IMG/VR virus record: IMGVR_UViG_3300045988_131485 | From: a virus | Strand: one strand, 5' to 3' | DNA length: 64,000 bases | Notes under the pieces: generated by a model | Databases searched by the model: none | What the model saw: only the letters and a program-made list of their open reading frames with translations | What the model was told of the DNA's origin: nothing | Program-made: the position numbers and the translations under genes | Shown: one piece after another, positions 59,952 through 64,000 of the stretch | Numbering within the stretch: position 1 is the stretch's first letter | Layout of the letters: each line of letters begins with the position of its first letter

Positions 59952-60866
59952 ATGCCGATGTTTTACATGATGGTTGGCCTCCCTGGTAGCGGGAAGTCAT
60001 TCACTGCCGAAAGCATCCCTAACGCCGTCGTCCACTCCAGCGATGCGATCCGTGCCGAAGTTCTTGGTGACGAGAACGACCAAACCCAACAGGACTTGGT
60101 TTTCCAAACCCTTCACAAAAGGGTTTTGCAGGATCTGGTGGATGGCAAGGATGTGGTGTACGACGCAACCAATATCAACTACAAGCGCCGTATCGGATTC
60201 CTTGATCGTATCCGAGCGCTCCACAAACATGATTTGCGTACAGTATGTCTTTTCATGGCGACGCCCTATGAGGTGTGTTTGGAGCGCAACAATAATCGGG
60301 AACGTTCTGTCCCGGAGTCTGTAATCCAAAAGATGTACTTCAAATTCGATGTTCCTATGATGGCAGAGGGTTGGGATGAAATCAGGATCGTGGGTGACGA
60401 AGATCGCCACGACCAGATTGATACCCTTATGCTTCGTCTCTCCAAGCTGGAACATGATAACCCGCACCATGAGTACACGGTTGGTCAGCACTCTATGACG
60501 GCATGGCAGTATCTGATCAGCCACTATAAAGGTGCCGATGCTGCTCTGCTCCGCGCCACGCTGTTGCACGATATTGGCAAAGAAAAGACTAAAGTATTTC
60601 ATAACATCAAAGGCAACCCCACTGAGATCGCCCACTTCTATCATCATGAGCGTGTAGGAGCTTATGACAGCTTCTGCTATACCGGCGATCTCAGTCCTAA
60701 CCAGCGCCTTACTGTGGCGCTGCTGATCCGCTGGCATATGTGGCCGTATGCGGTTGAAAAGTCAGATAATCCGAGTAAGACGGTTAGCAAAATCAAACGT
60801 CTGCTTGGTAATGATATCTGGAACCAGGTCATGGTGTTGAACGCCTGTGACCGCAATGCACACTGA
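59952..60866 (+). CDS. P-loop kinase fused to HD-domain phosphohydrolase (polynucleotide kinase/phosphatase-like)
   Basis: N-terminal MVGLPGSGKSF Walker A plus DATN. C-terminal HEYTVGQH...LLHDIGK...HHERVGAY are HD-domain motifs. Confidence 0.7.
   Translation: MPMFYMMVGLPGSGKSFTAESIPNAVVHSSDAIRAEVLGDENDQTQQDLVFQTLHKRVLQDLVDGKDVVYDATNINYKRRIGFLDRIRALHKHDLRTVCLFMATPYEVCLERNNNRERSVPESVIQKMYFKFDVPMMAEGWDEIRIVGDEDRHDQIDTLMLRLSKLEHDNPHHEYTVGQHSMTAWQYLISHYKGADAALLRATLLHDIGKEKTKVFHNIKGNPTEIAHFYHHERVGAYDSFCYTGDLSPNQRLTVALLIRWHMWPYAVEKSDNPSKTVSKIKRLLGNDIWNQVMVLNACDRNAH
60782..60817 (+). promoter_or_regulatory. degenerate class-A motif (P22) inside CDS 3' end
   Basis: GGTTAGCAAAATCAAACGTCTGCTTGGTAATGATAT, about 65 nt upstream of the ATG at 60883. 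Confidence 0.35.
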
Positions 60867-60882
60867 ATAGGAGGAAATAACT

Positions 60883-61341
60883 ATGATTCCCGACATGATC
60901 CACACTCCCTACATCGCTCCCCGCATCTCTGTTATGGCACCCCCCCCGGTAACTGCTGAACGGTTCGTTGATGAGCTTCTGAGCGGCCTGTGTATGCCGG
61001 ACGGCGGCTTTGTTGCCCATCTCGCTCCCAGCGGAGATCCTTTCTCCAACGGTTGGAATGCGGCAATGAAGCTCCAAGCCAGTCAGCCTACTTCTCGCTG
61101 TTTGCCGATGCCCGTCAATGTGATCTTTCACAACCCGGCCACCATCGTGTTCTGGGATGACGGTGATAAGACGGTTGTGAAGTGCCAGCCCGGTGATACA
61201 TTCAGCGCCGAAGCCGGCCTGACTGCTGCCATGCTGAAGAAGTACATGGGCAACGACAATACTTTCAACAAGGTCATCAACGAGTGGCTGGCTCGTGCCA
61301 GCTATGCCAGCGTCCCCGCTCTGCCGGAGGCCACAGAGTAA
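60883..61341 (+). CDS. hypothetical protein
   Basis: 152-aa ORF with an AGGAGGAAA RBS. Confidence 0.55.
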   Translation: MIPDMIHTPYIAPRISVMAPPPVTAERFVDELLSGLCMPDGGFVAHLAPSGDPFSNGWNAAMKLQASQPTSRCLPMPVNVIFHNPATIVFWDDGDKTVVKCQPGDTFSAEAGLTAAMLKKYMGNDNTFNKVINEWLARASYASVPALPEATE

Positions 61342-61408
61342 CCAATGGACGGTATCATCCTACTGCTTTTGGCTCTGGTGCTGATTTATACGGTAGGATC
61401 GGGCGGCG

Positions 61409-62383
61409 ATGACGACAATCATTGGAACCGGGGAGGTGGGTGCTTTGCATAGCAGAGAAGAGTTGGAAGAGATGCAGCACCTGCCTCTCCAACGCAAAAT
61501 CCAGATCACTACTGCTCGTATCATCGAGTGGTATCAGCACTACGACGGGAAGGTCTATGTGGCATTTAGCGGTGGTAAGGATTCTACCGTACTACTCGAT
61601 ATTGTGCGGCGGATCTACCCCGATGTGCCTGCTGTTTTCTCTGATACCGGGCTTGAGTTCCCGGAAGTCAGAGAATTTGTTAAGAGCTGTGAAAACGTTA
61701 CGATTGTCCGGCCTGAGATGAACTTCCGTAAAGTTATTGAGGTGTACGGATATCCCGTTGTCTCGAAGCGTGTAGCTGACACTGTGGAATATGGGCATAA
61801 GCCTGGTTCTTTCAGATGGAAAGAGCTACATGGAGAGATCATGCGGAGCAACGGAACGCCGTCAGAGTTCAACTGTGAAAAATGGTGCTATCTATTGGAT
61901 GCCCCATTCAAGGTTTCTTCTCGGTGCTGTACAATCATGAAGAAGCAGCCTATGAAGAAATACTCCAAGGAAACTGGTCGAGTGCCTATTATTGCAACTA
62001 TGGCAAACGAGAGCAGATCTCGGCGTGCCACATGGTTACGTATGGGATGCAATGCTTTTTCCGGTAAGAAGCCCAGCTCCCAACCCATGTCTTTTTGGAC
62101 TGAGGAAGATGTGCTGGAATACCTCTATACCTATCAAGTCCCCTACGCTTCGGTTTATGGCGAGATCGTCAGAACTGATAGGGGGGGGTGGACGACGACA
62201 GGCGAAAAGCGTACTGGCTGTGTCTTTTGTGCCTTTGGCGCTCACCTTGAAAAAGCTCCAAACCGTTTCCAGCGTCTAAAAATCACGCACCCAAAGCTCT
62301 GGGATTACTGCATGAGGCCGTGGGAAGAACATGGTTTGGGTATGCGGCAAGTCCTTGAGTATATTGGTATTCCGGTAGAATAA
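61409..62383 (+). CDS. PP-loop ATPase of the PAPS-reductase family (Cys-rich, possible Fe-S)
   Basis: VAFSGGKDSTVLLD is the PP-loop. There are Cys clusters CEKWC..RCC and GCVFCAFG. The start may instead be the TTG at 61445 after GGGGAGGTGG. A 35-codon hydrophobic ORF (61345-61452) overlaps the 5' region. Confidence 0.75.
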   Translation: MTTIIGTGEVGALHSREELEEMQHLPLQRKIQITTARIIEWYQHYDGKVYVAFSGGKDSTVLLDIVRRIYPDVPAVFSDTGLEFPEVREFVKSCENVTIVRPEMNFRKVIEVYGYPVVSKRVADTVEYGHKPGSFRWKELHGEIMRSNGTPSEFNCEKWCYLLDAPFKVSSRCCTIMKKQPMKKYSKETGRVPIIATMANESRSRRATWLRMGCNAFSGKKPSSQPMSFWTEEDVLEYLYTYQVPYASVYGEIVRTDRGGWTTTGEKRTGCVFCAFGAHLEKAPNRFQRLKITHPKLWDYCMRPWEEHGLGMRQVLEYIGIPVE

Positions 62384-62406
62384 TACAAATAAAAAAGGAG
62401 CGCCTT

Positions 62407-63063
62407 ATGATTGATGTAATGGAAAACATCAAAAAACTCTCCGCCGCTTTGGATGCGGAAACTGCAAGCCTACATCCTTCCGGCAAGCTGCTTCTGCTTG
62501 GTTCTCAGGATAGCGTGTTCCTGAAAGCCATCAAGCGTAAGGCAGACCAGCTTGGTATCAACTGTGATCATACGTCCAACCCTCTCCCTCCCTATCGAGG
62601 GATTGTTGTGGATAGTGAAACAGTGTCGTTCAACTCTATTCTCGATCCTGATGTGGATATTGACCACTCTTATTCTCCCGGAATGTCGGCGGTCTCTCAA
62701 GCAGTCATGGATTTGCTAATTGAGTCTGGATTGGTATGGGAGAAGGATATTACCATCGTAGGCCGAGGGCACGCCGTTAAAGAACTGGCGAAGTATTTGG
62801 ACTTTAACAACGCGACGGTTACAGTAGCACATTCCAAAACAAAAAGCCTGTTGCAAGCTACGCAGAACCGGGATGTGGTGATTTACGCAACTCCGATTAT
62901 CACGCAGGATATTTCCTACAATACCCGCGATCTGGTTATTGATCTGGGAAACAGCGTCCCGCATCCTGACCGGCTTAATTGCCCCTATGTAAATCGGATC
63001 GGACAGCTTACCGTAAGTATATTGCTGAACCGTTTTGCAAAGAAGGAGTCGGTATGGATCTGA
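62407..63063 (+). CDS. FolD-like (methylene-THF dehydrogenase/cyclohydrolase) NAD(P)-binding-domain protein
   Basis: ITIVGRGHAVKELAKYLDFNNATVTVAHSKTKSLLQATQNRDVVIYATP parallels the FolD C-terminal Rossmann segment (vvGrs..vG.P...lL...naTVt.cHs.T). Confidence 0.55.
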   Translation: MIDVMENIKKLSAALDAETASLHPSGKLLLLGSQDSVFLKAIKRKADQLGINCDHTSNPLPPYRGIVVDSETVSFNSILDPDVDIDHSYSPGMSAVSQAVMDLLIESGLVWEKDITIVGRGHAVKELAKYLDFNNATVTVAHSKTKSLLQATQNRDVVIYATPIITQDISYNTRDLVIDLGNSVPHPDRLNCPYVNRIGQLTVSILLNRFAKKESVWI

Positions 63064-63264
63064 AATTCAACACAGTATATTTTACCCAAAAACCTATTCC
63101 GCTGCCCCATGCGATTTTTAAGGGCGGCGAAAATAATTCAAATTTAGAAAGGAGCTAATACCAATCCCGGTAAACCGGGTTTCTACAAGATTGATAAGTG
63201 TAGAGTAAAGCCGTCTGTTACAGCGTGAAAGCCATCTGGCCGGTAGCAAGGGAGGATTAGACGG

Positions 63265-64000
63265 TTGACCTCAGCCGAGATGGTTGTGGTCGGTATGAAG
63301 CACATCGTTTGTTTTTCTGGCGGTCATTCCTCTGCGATTGCCGCCGTGGAAGTAGTTAGAAAGTTCGGAGCAGAGGACACGATCTTGCTCAATCATGATT
63401 TGTGTCCTCGAACCGAAGACGCTGATATCAAGCGTTTCAAAAAACAGGTTTCGGATTATCTGGGCGTTCCCATTACTTACGCCAATATGCCCGGATGGTA
63501 TGTTAAGGATCAGTTCGACGTGTGTATGGAAATCAAGGCGTTTAAGGCTGGCGCTCAGTCCACCGCCTTTTGCACCAACAGACTGAAAACCGAACCTTTT
63601 CATAAATGGCTGTCCGAGCACTATCCCGCAAATCCTCCCGAAGTAAGGGACGATATCTCATTAGTCTATGGCTTTGACGCCAATGAACAGCACCGTATTC
63701 GGCGCAGAGTTGGCATTATGGCCGCGATGGGGTACCAAACAGAGTACCCTTTGACATGGGAGGTACGTACTATCCATGACATCGAGGAGGTTGGGATTGA
63801 GCGTCCGAAGACCTACAGCATTTTCAATCATGCAAATTGTACCGGGTGTCTGAAAGCCGGCAAACAACATTGGTTTGTTGTTTATTGCCTCTATCCTAAA
63901 ATATGGGAAAAGGCGAAGCTGGCCGAAGACACAATCGGGTACAGTATTCTCAAACAAGGCTATCTTTCAGACTTTGAGGCGGAATTTGCCAAGCTCAAAG
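63265..64000 (+). CDS. second PP-loop ATPase (PAPS-reductase/QueC-like), runs off window end
   Basis: An open frame runs from TTG 63265 (after GGGAGG), or ATG 63295, to the window end. Contains MKHIVCFSGGHSSAIAA (SGGxxS PP-loop) and NHANCTGCLKAG. It is absent from the ORF track because it is truncated. Confidence 0.65.
   Translation, partial: MTSAEMVVVGMKHIVCFSGGHSSAIAAVEVVRKFGAEDTILLNHDLCPRTEDADIKRFKKQVSDYLGVPITYANMPGWYVKDQFDVCMEIKAFKAGAQSTAFCTNRLKTEPFHKWLSEHYPANPPEVRDDISLVYGFDANEQHRIRRRVGIMAAMGYQTEYPLTWEVRTIHDIEEVGIERPKTYSIFNHANCTGCLKAGKQHWFVVYCLYPKIWEKAKLAEDTIGYSILKQGYLSDFEAEFAKLK

Noticed and set aside
61345-61452. 35-codon hydrophobic ORF (MDGIILLLLALVLIYTVGSGG...) between 60883-61341 and the PP-loop gene
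   Set aside because: It has no convincing RBS and overlaps the annotated start region of the next gene. It is plausible, but sequence alone does not support it.
63064-63264. Possible riboswitch upstream of the last PP-loop gene
   Set aside because: I could not match preQ1, THF, SAM or other consensus sequences by eye. Only a short hairpin (CCCGGTAAACCGGG) is evident.

Overview
This window looks like a dsDNA phage or prophage of a Firmicutes/Clostridia-type host. The evidence is GGAGG ribosome-binding sites, TTGACA-17-TATAGT promoters and hairpin plus T-run terminators.

Layout, left to right:
- 1-12.1 kb (minus): head-morphogenesis and packaging operon with small and large terminase, portal, scaffold and major capsid.
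- 12.1-16.7 kb (minus): array of 23 tRNA genes plus a tmRNA, two small ORFs and several unexplained structured spacers.
- 16.8-27.8 kb (minus): HU, a metallophosphoesterase, a 940-aa protein with the signature of YonO/RdRP-type single-subunit two-barrel RNA polymerases, a P-loop NTPase, an OGG glycosylase, an HNH nuclease and a tyrosine integrase.
- 27.9-29.0 kb: a G-rich, high-GC non-coding island.
- 29-50 kb (plus): about 45 small genes in short cassettes. Nearly every cassette is preceded by the same roughly 36-bp motif, GGTTAGCAA-N13-TCTGTAAWTATAGT (about 22 copies), and many end in terminators. The block ends with a methyltransferase-SNF2 helicase fusion.
- 50-51.3 kb: an ImmA/XRE lysogeny switch with palindromic operators.
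- 53.2-54.9 kb: a second tRNA locus. Four tRNA-like genes carry a conserved inserted helix joined to TAACAGCAAY, and the same module occurs as circularly permuted free-standing small RNAs.
- About 53.8-55.0 kb: a 1.16-kb segment flanked by 12-bp inverted repeats sits inverted, splitting a DUF2828/vWA (Ro60-like architecture) gene.
- 56.4-64 kb: an RNA-repair and modification cluster with cysteine desulfurase, DraRnl-like RNA ligase, nucleotidyltransferase, P-loop kinase-HD, two PP-loop ATPases and a FolD-like protein.

All functional calls come from motif recognition by eye. No database search was run.
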